Assembly (NCBI RefSeq): GCF_009834535.1
Contig: NC_045698.1
Coordinates: 10,604,001-10,668,000 of the forward strand
Length of the DNA stretch: 64,000 nt
Reading direction: 5' to 3'
Source: Camelus ferus
Taxonomy: Eukaryota
The position numbers and the translations under genes were made by a program. This document shows positions 42,700 to 56,328 of this stretch, piece after piece (positions within the stretch are counted from its first letter, which is position 1; each line of letters opens with the position of its first letter). Under the pieces are notes generated by a model. That model had not been told where the DNA came from, did no database searches, and saw nothing but the letters and a program-made list of their open reading frames with translations.

Positions 42700-43380
42700 G
42701 ATACGTGCTCTTCCTGCTAAACCAGACTGACACTTTCTGTCTTCATCCTTCTGACCCCTCAGCAGATCTGACCCTGTTGGCCACTCCTTCTCTGAAGCAC
42801 TTTTTCCTCCTTGGCTTCAAGGACATTAAAGTTTCTAGGGTTTCCTCCTATTCCTTCTGCTCCAGCTCTTTCTCCTTGGTGCTCTCTCTCTCTCTCTGTC
42901 TCTTAAATGTTGGTGCTCCCAGGGTTCTCCCTGGGGCCCGCACCTCTTCTCAGTCTTCACTCCAACTCAGAAGTCCCGCCCCCACCCACAACTTCCATTA
43001 CTCTGCCGGGGTGGGGGGGGTGTCTCAGGTCCATCTCTCCAGATTTCTCAGGCTTCTCAAGCAACAGACCCACACATCTCCATCCGAGCACCTCCCCGTT
43101 TCCAAAACTGAGCTCACCACCTACTAGGCTACTTGGGTTCCTACAGAGCTGGCCCTCCCCTTGGGTTCCCTTCAAATGAATGCATCCAGGGTCCCCACCC
43201 AAAAGCCTGAAGACCTCCCTGGATGCCTTTTCACCATCACACCCACAGGATTTCTTGGTCCTATCCATATGCCTTCCTTAGTTTCTCTTGAATCTGACCA
43301 GGTTTCACCAGCCCTGTTGCCATGCTGTGGGTCAGGTCCCTAGTGGGTTTCTTATCCCCAAGCCCTCCTTGCCTCCATGC
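42700..43380 (+). mobile_element. L2 LINE remnant
   Basis: tctcagcagatctgaccctgttggccactcc...tccttggcttcaaggaca...tccaaaactgagctca. Confidence 0.6.
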
Positions 43381-43423
43381 TCGAGTCAGATCACAAAAAT
43401 CTTCAGTTCCTATAAGAGCATCC

Positions 43424-43813
43424 AAGGGTATTATGCTAAGTGAAATAAGTCAGAGAAAGACAAATACTGTATGTTATCGCTTACATATGGAGCCTAAAAA
43501 ATAAAACAGACTGGTGAATATAACAAAAAAGAAACAGACTCACAGATATAGAGAACAAACTAGTGGTGACCAGTGGGGAGAGGGAAAGGGGAGGGGGCAA
43601 GACGGGGGAGGGGATTAAGAGGTACAAGCGATCATGTATAAAATAAGCTACAAGGATGTATTGTGCAACACAGGGAACATAGCCAATGTTTTATAAGAAT
43701 TATAAATGGAGTATAACCTTTAAAAATTGTGAATCGATATACTGGACACCTATAACTTACATAATATTGTACATCAACTATACTACAATAAAAAAATAAA
43801 GTTTTTAAAAAAA
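43424..43813 (+). mobile_element. L1 3' end fragment
   Basis: ggtattatgctaagtgaaataagtcagagaaagacaaatactg...tacatcaactatactacaataaaa plus A tail. Confidence 0.9.
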
Positions 43814-46800
43814 AGGGTCTCCAAGCTGCTTCAGGGCTGCACCCTGCTTGTAGACCGCGGCTCCAGAAATGTGGCGCTGCGGGCCTGTAACGGTGTCTGG
43901 CACGTGGGTAGACAGCATCCGATAACTACTTGTGCAACCAGTGAACAAACACAAAGGCCACTCGCGATCTGACCTTGCTCATCCGTCCGCTCTCAGATCT
44001 CTACACTTCCCCTTGCACGGTGTTTCATGAGGCATCAACTATTTGCAGTTTTCTGGATATGCCGTGCTCTCTTTCAGCTAAAGGCCTTGGCCCAAGCTCC
44101 TCCCTCTGCACAGAATCACCTTCACCCCTGTCCCCAACCCACTCACCGGTGAACTCACAGTCAGCTCGGGAATCACATTTCTGGGACGCGTCCCTTAAGC
44201 CTGGGTCTCCCCTGTGCCCTGCAGCGCCCCCCACCCCGGCCCCATGACGCACTCACCAGGCGGGGCTGGGGCTGCCCGGGTACCTGAGTGCCCATCTCTC
44301 CAGGCTGCCTGGGGCAGGGACGGGGCTGGTTTGTCACCAGCTTTCCTACCTCTACTCAGCACAATGCCTGACACACAGTTGAAACTCAAATATGTGAACA
44401 AACGAATGTGTTAACTACAATATCCAGCTATGTATCTGTTCGTTCATAAAATCCTCCAACTGCACGTTTAGTTTTCTGATAAAGAAACCTATTTTTTGGT
44501 AGAATCTATGTATTTAATATACGCAAAGAGGTGGCAGTAGCTCATACACGTTCATGTAATTGTGGTATTTTCTCATGAGATAGGCAAGGACTTCCACTGC
44601 TGTTTCTACTGTGTCACATGGGGCTGCCAGTAGGTACTAGATAAAGGTGACTGCTTAACTGTAGACACACGGACATAAATAGGATGCAACATGGGGCCAC
44701 AGGATTAGCCTCTTAAGTGTAAAGCTGAAGCAAAGATTTTTTCCGACTCCTTTTCTCCCGTGTCCTTCAAATGTCAACTGGGATACAGAACAAGCTGTTC
44801 CCCTATGAAGTCAAATTCTGTAACAGAGGTCACCTGCTGTGAGAAGAAAATCAGAAGTTTAGAGTTAAACAATAAGAGAACCTTCTTGGAGAAGCTAAGA
44901 GAATCTTGCTAAGTGCTAAGTGACAGGTAACCAGGGAGGTAATCTCCAAATTCAGAAAGATGGGTTCTTGTAAGGCAACAAGGCTTCAAAAGAGGTGGCC
45001 ATGCAGCTCAGGAAGTGCCAAGAGCACCTGGACCCTGAGCTTGTAACTGACATTCATGGCCACATGGTAAAAAAATAATCATGTTGCTCATCTAGAAATG
45101 GCTTTTCAAATTCTTCCACAAAAAAGGTGTTGAGTTCGAAACTGGTTCCCTAAAATAGCAGATTATTACATGAAATGCTGAAGGTCCCATTATTTTACCT
45201 TCAGTAAGAGGAATAGTTTCTTTACTTGCTTCATCCTGGATTAGAATAACCAATGGGACACAGGGCTGGGTAATAACTCTGTCTTGCTAGATTGTCATTT
45301 AATCTCTTTGACAACAGACTATTCTGTCTACAGCTTCAGTGATCCCTTGACACCTTTTATGATATGAAGCAAACTCACTATATTATTGCTGCAAAAGAAA
45401 TACAGCTTAAAACTCTTTCCCAAACCCCAGGTCTTCAAAAATTTGTGTTTTGGGACACGCGGAAGATTCAGAAGTCCACGCGTAGGCAAAGCTACCTGTG
45501 GGAACAGCTTCTAATGACCTGGATAATCAGCATCTTTGGATTTCCATCCTCTAAGTCTGGGTTCCTGTAATTTTCCACTCTGATTGTTCTGTTCGTCTGT
45601 ATTTTAAAAAGTGGTTTGGGTTAAATTAGATTGTTGGTCTTCCCGGTAGTTTTCCAGCCATGTTTTATTTTCTCAAGGATCTATATCCCTCTAAAGGAGA
45701 CACCCTCACTCTGTCTAGCTGGAGCTCTGGCCAAGAACTTGACACCCACACATGAGGCTGTGGTTTAAAGGGAGTGGCAGTAAAATGAACCCTGGGCTCT
45801 CTGGTCCAGAGTCATTGCTCTGTTCAGTACTGTCCATATTTAGTGCTTCCTGAAAGCTTGGAGCCAACACAGGGCAAGTCTTAAATATAACACTGGTTTT
45901 CTCCATCACTTCTCACACCTGGAGAGGAGTTTCTATAAAGAACAGAGACAAACTACTAAACAGATACAAAGTCTGGCTAACTCAGTTTTCCCCTGCTGGT
46001 TTCTTCAATACTTCAGGGGAAACACAAATCATTTTACTTTTGAGCTCTTCAATCTAGAAATATGTTAGTTCATTCAAGGGTATATTTTACTGTCATAGGG
46101 CCCTCCTCATATCCTCTTGATCTTTTATTCAAACACAAAGCTTATTTGCCTAAATTTAACTTTCATTCAAGATGGTGGGAGGCTTGACAAGGAAGAAACT
46201 AGTACTATGAAAATTCTAGCATACTTTAAAAAAACCAAAGTTTCCCATAAATTAAAGAATCCTTACTTATTCCTCACCTTGATCTCACATCTTTACTATT
46301 ACGAACATTTCTGCATTTCCTACTCATTTTTAAAATACTTATAAAGTTATATGGTCCCCAAATGACGATATTTCTTAGTATCTCAAGATTACATCCATTC
46401 CACTTCAGAACCGAGTTTAAAATGCTTTTATGTTAAAAAAAGAACAAAACAAAAAAACAACCAGCACAACAACTCCATAAACAACAGTCTGGAATAGATT
46501 AACTCTGGGATCTGGGGAGTCTAACTTTTTATGCTTTCTCTCTGCCCACACACTTACATACCCTACATACTCTCTCTGTAATTAGTAATAGATTTTTTTC
46601 CTGATTAGCACCTATAATTCGGCTGTAGATCTCCAAGCAAGCAGCTCAGAAGCTCCATTCCTTTTCTGACTCAGACTTGTATTGAGCCAGATTGGCCCTG
46701 TCTGGGGCGGAGCAGAAGGACAGCCAGACTCAGGAGGGAGGGCGGCTGAGTAACTGGGTAACTTGCTGGGGCTGGGCATGCACTGGGGGGCTGGAGGAGC

Positions 46801-47019
46801 TGGACTGGACTGTCCTCAGCTGAGCATGCTGACCCAACCTGCTCCCTCCAGCATGAAAACTCTCAGCTTGGAGAAAAAAAAATGCTGCAACATTCCATAA
46901 TGTCATCTATGAACTTCTATTGACATTTATAAACACATTTTTTCCTCAGGGAAGAAAAAGAGAATGCCTATTTGCATTTGGAGCTTATGAAACCCAATGA
47001 CCACGGTACTAATGACAAC

Positions 47020-47250
47020 AGAGCTATCTTGGTGGCTAACGTTTACTGAGTGCTTGCACTGTGACAGACACTGTTCTAAGATCTTTAATTCTCCTGACAA
47101 CCCTGTGGGGGACATACTATCATCTCCTAGCATACTCGTGAGAAAGACTGGTACACGGAGAGGCTAAGGCACTTGTCCAGGCTGACACAGAGCTGGGAGA
47201 AGAATCCAGAACATGCTGACCTTTGGGCTTACGATCCTAACCATTCACTC
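47020..47250 (-). mobile_element. MIR SINE
   Basis: aacgtttactgagtgctt...cagacactgttctaag...tcctgacaaccctgtg...gagaggctaaggcacttgtccag. Confidence 0.7.
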
Positions 47251-49260
47251 TATTATCCTGAACCAAGCCCTCCTTCCACTTTGAATTTGATATCGCAGCT
47301 GGTGCCAAATGCTTACTTTAGACAGAGAGGATTAGCTGATCAGAACAAAGAGAACTTTTGGATAAAGTCTATTTCTTATGGAAAATTCCAAAGACCCTGA
47401 AGCAAAGATTATTTTTTAAACAGTCATGGGTAGCAAGCCCTACAAGTGTAAATGTGGAGGATGAACAGAGGGAGACTGAAGTCATCATGCATCTGAGCCG
47501 TGCCAAGAAAAGGAGGATGAAAGACATCAGGTCACTAACACTCTGTCATCAGCACCGCACAGCACGGTGAAGGGTACAAACAAAACCTGGGAACGCAGCA
47601 CCACGTGGGCCGTCCATAAGCTTACGCGCCACCCTCACCATGCCTGGGGTGGGAGAGAGGCTAAGGGTTCTCTACAGTGGCCTTCTAAAGATGTGGACAA
47701 GAATGCTTATGAGCTTCTCTAACACGTGGGATAAAATATCATCTCAGAATCTTTAACTCGTCCAAAATTTTTACTCGCTTCTCAGCTGCAGGATTCATTT
47801 ATTTCTGCATCATGGGGCTCAGCTATGACTCACTGCTGGTATTTATATGACCGGCACACGCCAAGTATTGTGAAAGATTTCTAAGGGTCTGGGGCTTTTG
47901 ATCTGATTGCTTTTAGGAGGCGAGGGAGAGAGAGTCAAAGTTAGTCATTAAACAGGTTAGTCCACCCAGCCCATACATGTTCTATACCCGAGTCCTACAC
48001 ACACGTGCACACATGCACAGACACGTACACACGCCGAAAGGAACTCCCAAATTCAAATAGACAATATTTAATGTGATAAAGCTTCAGTGTTTGCTCTGCT
48101 GTGTGCAAGCAGCTTTGTCATGACCTCCCCAGACCCCCACTGCTATTATTGGTTTATATTATTTTACCTGATTCATGAGATTCTAGATAAAGTCAAATCA
48201 TCTCACTGAACAAACTGTTTAGAACACAATTCAAGAAAGGGCAAAGAGTGTCATGGTAGCACCAATGAACCAGGAAAGAGTCAAATGGTGTCAACAGCTG
48301 TTGCAGGGATTTAAGAATTATATATTCTGAATTTATTTTGTCTGCACAACTATAACCATGCATTATGCTGAATATTTTTCAAGTGACAGGATAAATTAAT
48401 AAGCTATAGAATAATGTGGGTCAAATTAAAGTGCTTTGAAAATTTCTAGACGGAAGAGAATGAATACATTTTTGTCACTATTTCATATATATAATAATGA
48501 GTTAGTTAATGCACATGCTGAGCTTCAGTCTGTAAATCTAGATTGACTCTAATTCTGGTCTTGGATCTCTGAAAATCAGAGATGCCTGAAGAGCTGTCCT
48601 GCTCCAGCCCTCTCACCCATATGAGCAAGGGGATGAAGGGGACCCAGTGAAAGGTGACATCTGGACCCTTCTCCACCTGGCCCTTGAACCTGAAGGATGC
48701 TGCAGCCACAGAAGCATATTTGTTGCTGGTGTATAATAATTAATTCAAGGAACATTTATGGATCACATGAAGAATACCAACCTCTTGCATGTGCAGTATA
48801 GGGGAATCTTGGATGTGCCTTATCTAGCAATGCTTCATTATCTCATTGGTTTTATCTAGCAATGCTATAGCAACAGGGAAAGTACAGAAAACTCTCATTT
48901 TGTAGAAAAGGAACCAAGGCTCAAAGAGACTCTGTGACTTGCCTAATATTGGTTAATATATGGTGTAGCCCAAACCAGAAGCCAGGGAGGCCATTAGCCT
49001 GGGGCTCTTTCGTCCTTCAACACTAGACTGAGGATGGTGGGTGGATGTTGGAGGGTAGGCAGGATAAACAGTTCCCCACTATTAACAGAGAGGGGAAGGG
49101 GGGTGTGTCCTCATACAGAAATGTCTTTACTCATCCAGATGGTTAAGTATTAGAAATAATTATTACTAAAGAAAATTATTACCTTTATCTAATGGCAATT
49201 TAGTTTGGGGATTTGATGAGCATTTCTAAGAAGATGTATTAGGTTAAGTTAAAACTTCCT

Positions 49261-49890
49261 GGGCTTATATCCAGAAGGAATCCTACTTCAAAAAGACACC
49301 TGCACCCCAGTGTTCATAGCAGCACTATTTACAATAGCCTAGACATGGGAACAGCCTAAATGTTCATCAACAGATGACTGGATAAAGAAGATGTGGTATA
49401 TCTATACAATGGAATACTACTCAGCCATAAAAATGACAACATAACGCCATTTGCAGCAACATGGATGTCCCTGGAGACTGTCATTCTAAGTGAAGTAAGT
49501 CAGAAAGATAAAGAAAAATACGATATGAGATCGCTCAGATGTGGAATCTAAAAAAAAACAAGAACATAAATACAAAACAGAAACAGTCTCATAGACATAG
49601 AATACAAACTTGTGGTTGCCAAGGGGGTGGGAGGTGGGGGGAAGGGATAGACTGGGAGTTCAAAATTTGTAGATACTGACAGGCATATGCAGAATAGATA
49701 AACAAGATTATACTATATACCACAGGGAAATATATACAAGATCTTGTGGTAGCTCACGGCAAAAAAAAAAAAAAAAAAAAAGTGACAATGAATATATGTA
49801 TGTTCGTGTATGGCTGAAAAATTGTGCTGTATACTGGAATTTGCCACAACATTGTAAAATGACTATAACTCAATAAAAAAAAGGTTAAAA
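49261..49890 (+). mobile_element. Young lineage-specific L1, 5'-truncated, with 10-bp TSD
   Basis: TSD aaaacttcct at 49251-49260 and 49891-49900. Same family as 32610-33398. Confidence 0.95.
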
Positions 49891-50546
49891 AAAACTTCCT
49901 TGAGGCTTTTTCTCTTTGAAAGAAGTCAAAAGCAGGCTCCTGGCCCCAGTGATGCTTTCATAGGTGGCAGTGTGCAGCCTGGTCAGCCTCTATCCTGCAC
50001 TTTGGGCAAAGAAGTCCTACAGGATGAGCAGCTGGGAAAGCTCGCTGGACCGAAGCTTCCAGGGATCCCCGTGAGCATCTAGGAAGGGCATCCCTTAAAG
50101 TACTACAGCCCCATTCAAGACCCTAATGATTCCAAATAGGAAGATCAGTGATGCTGCCCCACTGACAGCAGGACAGCAGCTTGGGTACCACCTGGTCTCC
50201 AGATGGTCTGATGGTCGTGCTCAGTGCTCTTTCAGTGCCTCTAGGATAGTGGACGGCGGACGTATGTCTCCTGGTACAAACTAAGAATGGACAGTGAAGC
50301 CTCCCCAAAATACCCACCGCCACATGGGGTTATTTAAGCCTTTGTAAGTCCTGTGACATTTCCATCCAGACTCGAGACTCCAAAGGAAAAAGGACCGATG
50401 TGCAGTACAAGCACTGAATCTTACCCGTTGACACTGACATTATTTTAAAGCATCCTAGAGGAAAATATTAATATAAATTGCTAAAAGAATAACTCTCTAA
50501 TAAAACTCCTTAACATACGTCTGTTATTTAAAAGTAATTTGTTAAA

Positions 50547-50697
50547 GGGGAGGGTATAGCTCGATTGTTAGATTGTGTGCTTAGCACGCACAAGGTCCTG
50601 GGTTTAATCCCCAGTACCTCCCTTAAATAAACAAACAAACAAACAAACAAACAAACAAATAAATAAACCTAATTACAACCCCCCCCAAAAAAGAAAA
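50547..50697 (+). mobile_element. tRNA-Ala-derived SINE (camelid Vic-1-like) with (CAAA)n expansion
   Basis: ggggagggtatagctc...gtcctgggtttaatccccagtacctcc; degenerate TSD aaaagtaatttgtt / aaaagtaatgtgtt. Confidence 0.9.
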
Positions 50698-50829
50698 AAA
50701 AGTAATGTGTTGAGAAAAAAAGAAAAGCCATTTTTCTTTCTTTGTTTCTAATGGCTTCCGTGTCTTATTAGACTAATAAATGCATTGAACCAATGTTAGA
50801 CTAATAAACTGCCTCTCTCCCATGCTATA

Positions 50830-51960
50830 AGAAAGAGAATTATAAAATTCTTGGGAATAAACTCAACAAGGAAAATAGTTCCTAAATGCAGAAAATCACA
50901 GAATTTTCCTGAAGTTCATGAAATAAGACCGAAATAAAAAGGCAAGCTATGTTCCTTCTGGACAAGACATTGTTGAGAACATAGCAGAGAGCTTTCTGAA
51001 CTCATCAGTAAGTTTAATGGGGTTTCAGTAAAAATGCCAGCAATCTGGGTGTTCATTTGGGCCTGAGTAAAATGATTTTCAGCTTTGTATGGGAGGACAA
51101 CCAAGAAAACGTGATAAAGAAATCTAGTGGGGGAGGGGTATAGCTCCATGGTAGAGCACATGCTTAGCATGCATGAGGTCCTGGGTTCAATTCCCACTAC
51201 CTCCGTTAAAAATTAAAAAAAAAATTATGCTGTACATCAGAAATGGACACAACATTGTAAACTGGCTATACTTCAATTTTTTTTTAAAAGAAGTCTTGTG
51301 AAGGGGACCTTTGTTTACCAGGTATGAAAGTCACGAAGAGCAGGTGATTCACAGAAGAAGTACTATGGAGCATACACATGTGAAAAGATGCTAGACTGTG
51401 AGACTGGGGAGTCAGGGAAGTAAAACTAGAAACAAGGAGACTGTCGTCAGATTAAAAACACTAACAGGGTGGATAAAATCCAGTGCTGGTGAGATCGGCA
51501 CAAAAAGAAATTTTGTACCATACTGGCTGGAGTGTAAACTGCTATAGTCTTGTGGCAAAGGAACATGTCAAAAGGTATTAAAATTTAAAGTGTACGGACT
51601 CCCTGATCCAATAATCTGCATTTAGAATTTATCCAAACAAAATAAAGCACTTCTGCATAATACCATGTAAACAAAGGCATTCATTAAAGCATTCTTTGCA
51701 ATGGCAGACACAGGACAACATTCTGTCTATCTGCCAATACGGGACAGGCTAAATTATGATGGTTCTTATTTGGTGCATATATGGTACCTGCGCACCGGGG
51801 AATGCTGACCAGCAATCACAGAGCATGAGGTGCCACTGAACATACCGAACCAGAAAGAAGCCCACAATATGGTATGTTCTCACTCCATTAAAATTTTTCT
51901 TTTTTTAAAAAAGACCCTAAAAATGTGTAAATACATTGGTCTGAGCAGAAAGTTGGAGAG
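50830..51960 (+). mobile_element. Ancient L1M ORF2 remnant, interrupted by the SINE at 51130
   Basis: aaattcttgggaataaactcaacaagg (LGINLTK-like), gaaaagatgct and cagtgctggtgag...ggagtgtaaactg segments. Confidence 0.6.
51130..51286 (+). mobile_element. tRNA-Ala SINE head fused to an L1 3' terminus
   Basis: SINE head about 51130-51205, A-rich linker, then tgctgtacatcagaaatggacacaacattgtaaactggctatacttcaat. Flanking repeat aaagaaatctagtg (51116-51129) / aaagaagtcttgtg (51287-51300). Confidence 0.85.
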
Positions 51961-52091
51961 TGACATATACCAACTTAACACTGGTGATTTTAGGAGGGGT
52001 GGGATGACAGAGGGTAGGAAGAGGAAAATTACTAACTTTACACACGTATCTGTATAGTTTTACTGATGACAAAGAACCTAGGTTACCCTGA

Positions 52092-52288
52092 GATAAACAA
52101 GATTATACTGTGTAGCACAGGGATATATATACAAGATCTTGTGGTAGCTCAGGGTGAAAAAGAATGTGACAATGAATATATGTATGTTCATGTATAACTG
52201 AAAAATTGTGCTCTACACTGGAAATTGACACAACATTGTAAACTGACTATAACTCAATAAAATATATATATATATATAAATAAAATGA
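52092..52288 (+). mobile_element. Young L1 3'UTR terminal fragment
   Basis: gataaacaagattatactgtgtagcacaggg...aactgactataactcaataaaa is nearly identical to the ends of the 32610 and 49261 copies. Confidence 0.92.
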
Positions 52289-55069
52289 AAAAGGAAAGCA
52301 ACTTCACCGATGCACACAAAATAAATGAAATGTCTAATTCTCAGGGGGCAAAGCCAGAGAACCACCCCACAAAGCGAAGTTTGATGGGTTGCTGGTGTGC
52401 TTTTTGTGATCACCCGAGATGACACCTCTTAGAAGGAATTCTGCTCATCGCACTTGAAAAGCACCCTGATTTCTGACAGTTTTAAACACAAGGCTGAATT
52501 CTGGAAGCTGCATGCTGTCCAAAAGACAGCTGCAAGTCTCCAAAACCGAGAACTCTGGGCATAAGAAAAGAGGAATATTCTCTTGTTTAACTCACCCTCC
52601 TGCTGCCGCTTATTTAAAGCCATTTGTGGCCTACTTCTACCTTTTTTGTCTTTAGCACCTCAGTCATGATGCATTTACAAATAGGTAACAACAACTGTAA
52701 CACAGTCTGACTACAGCATAAAGGTATTTAACCCAGTCTGAAGGGACAGAGTCGGCTTCTTGGAGTCCTGTGAACTTCACAGGACCATCCATGCTCCCTT
52801 TGGTAAGACTCCAAGCTCTGAATTTTCTCTCTGTGCTAGCTCTGAATTCCAGCTGAAAAGCCAGTGCCTGCCCATCCTCTGAGATCACAGGCAAGTCTTT
52901 CTCTCCCAGGAACCCCTGACTGACCAGTCTCAGCCACGAGACGGCTCCTGTCATGGGTATTACTGCTGTTATTTATTTATTCATGAAACGAGTTCATTCA
53001 TTCACATGTACTCAGTGAGTACGGAATATCAGCCTGGCACCGTGCTCTTTTCTGATCACTAAACACGATATGATGGTCAAACAGGTTGTTAAGCTTCTTT
53101 GACCACCATGTCATGCACAGCGATCAATAAAATCCCAGGGCCAGGCAAAGACGCTGTGCACTCACGAAGTGTCTCTGAATATTTCTTTATATCCCCCACA
53201 AACCTGAGAATTAGGGGCGCATCTGACAGACTGTTCTGAGGATTAGGGCAGTTTTGTATGACGAAGAAGAGGACAGACTCAAGTTGCTGAAGATGGAGAA
53301 AGCAGTGGGGGTGGGGAGACAACGCAGGGACGGAAGATTGTCGCTGTGTGTGGTCAGCCAGTGCCTATGGCTGTTCTCTTGCTCCCTGTGCATCCCCTGC
53401 AGGACCAGTCCCTGCCTCACCTACACCCCACTCTCCTGACTGACCTTCCTACCTGCCTGCCCCAGGTCCCAGCTAGTGACTGTTCTTATCAAAGGGGCGG
53501 CGATGGGTGGGCCCCTCTGCTGGTTTCTCTGGTAACCAATGAGCCAACCTGACCTCAATGCCCCCTATAACTGCTAACCACCCCCTGCCCCCGGGAGCGA
53601 AGATGCCCACTGTGTCCTGCCCACCGTCCACCGCACGTGGTGGGGTGTGTCTCCAGGACCTTGCTTCAGACATGGAAGCTCCCCCATCCATGAAGCCACT
53701 GATGTCTCTGTCACTGACTCCGGGCTCTTCCTTTGATCCTGAAGCTGGGTGAGTCCAGGCCTTGTAGGCCCGTGGGGTGCAGCCCACACAGGGCTGTAAT
53801 CAGTGCTGAGATGTGAACACAGCAGCACAGCCCCACAAGTCAAGTTGTTCACAGGAGGATAATTCTAACCAATCAAAATGAAAGGAAAGGGAATTTTAGA
53901 ACAAAAATACATGAGCCCTAAGCAGCTGTGCAAAAAGAAAAGAAATGTATAAGAAAAAGGTATACTCTTTGGGTATAACTACATCTAAACTCATTTGGCA
54001 TTACCGACAACAGCATTTATGTAAGAATTTAAGAATCATTCCATCCTCAGCCTTAGAATTGTTCTACCGAGTCTCACTCTTGAGCTTCCTGATGGCTTAA
54101 ATGCATGTTTTTGAAACCAAATTCGATGTCCTCACTATACATTTAGGTCCACTTCAATTACTCTAAACTCACATTGTGCTTTTGGAGTTGTGGTGACAAA
54201 AACCCTAAGCTTCTTTGCTAGAAATTTTTTGAAGTGTTCAGGATTTTGGCTTGATAACGTCTCCTTAACACTTAGAAATAAACCAAAGTAAACATTTCTT
54301 CCTGTTTTACTGAGAGTAAAAGGCTATTTCCCAAGGCTATTTGTTAAGTTTCTAAATGGCAAAGTGCAAATTTTAAAAAATTGTACTTTAAGGATAAAAC
54401 CAAGGATGTTTCTTGACTTTGAGCAGCAAATAGATTTCCTCATTGCCTAAAATAACTCTGACAGTATATTTAAATCTGTTTTAAAGAAGGCTTTACAATG
54501 CCTTTCAGCTGCTCAATATAGAATGTGCTGTTTCTCCACAAGTTAAAATGCATGAAGAACTTTCCCCTTGGTCTTCCTAAAAGACCATTTCTACAGAACG
54601 AAAGATCCTTCTCTATAATTACTTACTGCTATGTGAAGATGAAAGTATACTAAACGATAAAATATGACATAAACTATTACATCAGCTAATTTCTAACCCT
54701 CTCAAACACGTATGAACCCAAGACTAGTCCGATACAACTGCCCCAAATGTTTTCCTGGCTGATACAAAAACTGAAGAATTCAAAGAGAAAAACACTGATC
54801 AGGGGAAAACAGGAAGTCCCAACTTTGAAAAACACTCAATCCACCTTCTCTGCAAACCACAAAAAGATCAGACAAACTAAAGATGTGTTGACATTGGCTG
54901 TAGATCTTGAAAGGGGATAGAACCTTAAAATACAACCGAAGTAACACTCAAATTTCCTTTTTGCTGGTTCTTTTCCTTTTCTTTCTTTTTGGAAAATATA
55001 TTTTAAAGTAGAAATCTAAAATTACGTTCATATTCATCCCTGCATAGATTAGCAGCGTTGTATGAAGCT

Positions 55070-55490
55070 CTGACTGTTTTCAAGTACTTTCCTAAGCGTG
55101 TACAGCCGTCCGTGATGGCCATCTTCTCATGAGTCCTCACACTTCACTCACTCCTTCTGAAAACCCAGCAAGGTAGGGAGTCTTGGCTCTTGTGAAGGGT
55201 AGAGAGACTGAGACTCATAGGGGAAAATAATTCACCTAAAATCATAAAGCGATTAGTGGCAGAAGTGGGACTTTGGCCTCTAAATCCAGCAGAGTAAGCT
55301 GAGAAGCATGCAGACCATCAGTTTAGATCTGAGCTTCCCCATGTACTGCTGTGTTCTCTTGGGCACATGACTTCACCTCCCCGAGACTCAGTATGCTTAG
55401 TGAAATAGGAATGCTCACCCAGTTTGGTCTCCTATAGGACAGAGTTTAGGATTAGCTGAGCTGACAATCATGAAAGTGCTTAGCATCAAA
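55070..55490. mobile_element. Two adjacent MIR fragments in opposite orientations
   Basis: gagagactgagactcatag...agtggcagaagtgggacttt and ctgctgtgttctcttgggcacatgacttcacctccccgagactcagt...tgaaagtgcttagca. Confidence 0.55.
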
Positions 55491-56328
55491 GGAGGCAAAT
55501 CACCAACCCTTTCTTCCTCCCCCAAATAAGAACCCTGGAGGTACGACGATGTGGACACCTGCCCTGACCTAAAGCAGAAGCCCCAGAACATCAGGGACCT
55601 CCAAGGCCCCTCAGGACCTCAGGATGCAATTCTGATTCAGGGCAGATTAAAAATTAGTCTTGAAGACCCGTGACAGGTCTAAAATCTTCTGTAATTTACA
55701 TGCTTTTTAGAATAGCCACAGCCTGTGGAGAGAGTTAAGCTCAAAATTATATCCTGACGCCCTGGGTGACATTCACGCGGCCCTAAGTGTGGTCTCATGG
55801 GGTTGGAGAAGGGACCCTATTTCTGGAGGAATGGATGGTCTCTGTCCTCCAGAAGTGACTGTTGACTCAACCTGCCTGAAATTTAAGGCTCTCCTGTCAG
55901 CAGGGAGGTACCGGGTAGCGAGGTCACTGTGCTAGTTGTTTTTAAAAATGCCAAGATAAAGATTCAATGAAGTTCCCAAAGTGCCTTCTATATCAGGTCT
56001 CTGAGCTACTAGCCGGCTCTTCAAGCTTTAATAACCTCTTCCTGCTGCTCATTTTTTTTTTTTAAATAAACATGGTTCCCTTGCTTTAAAAAACGAATGG
56101 GAATTGGTTTTGAAGAAATTCAGCATGCAGTCAAAAGCAGTAGTAGCTAAGCAGAATCAAGCTGCCTTCTCACTATTCAATATGTATCATTAATCTGACA
56201 GCATTAGAAGGAAATGTGCACAGTGTGTAATGCAGCACCGGTTTTACATGTTCAAAAGCAGCTTTCAGTGAGCGATCATTAAGTCAAACATCTACTCAGG
56301 CATCTATCTCGGGACCCTCCCAACTCTT

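Noticed and set aside
51130..51205. tRNA-Ala(AGC)-like gene (also at 11015-11090, 26705-26781, 50547-50622)
   Set aside because: These are SINE heads: followed by A-rich tails, flanked by TSDs, with imperfect stems. Not functional tRNA genes.
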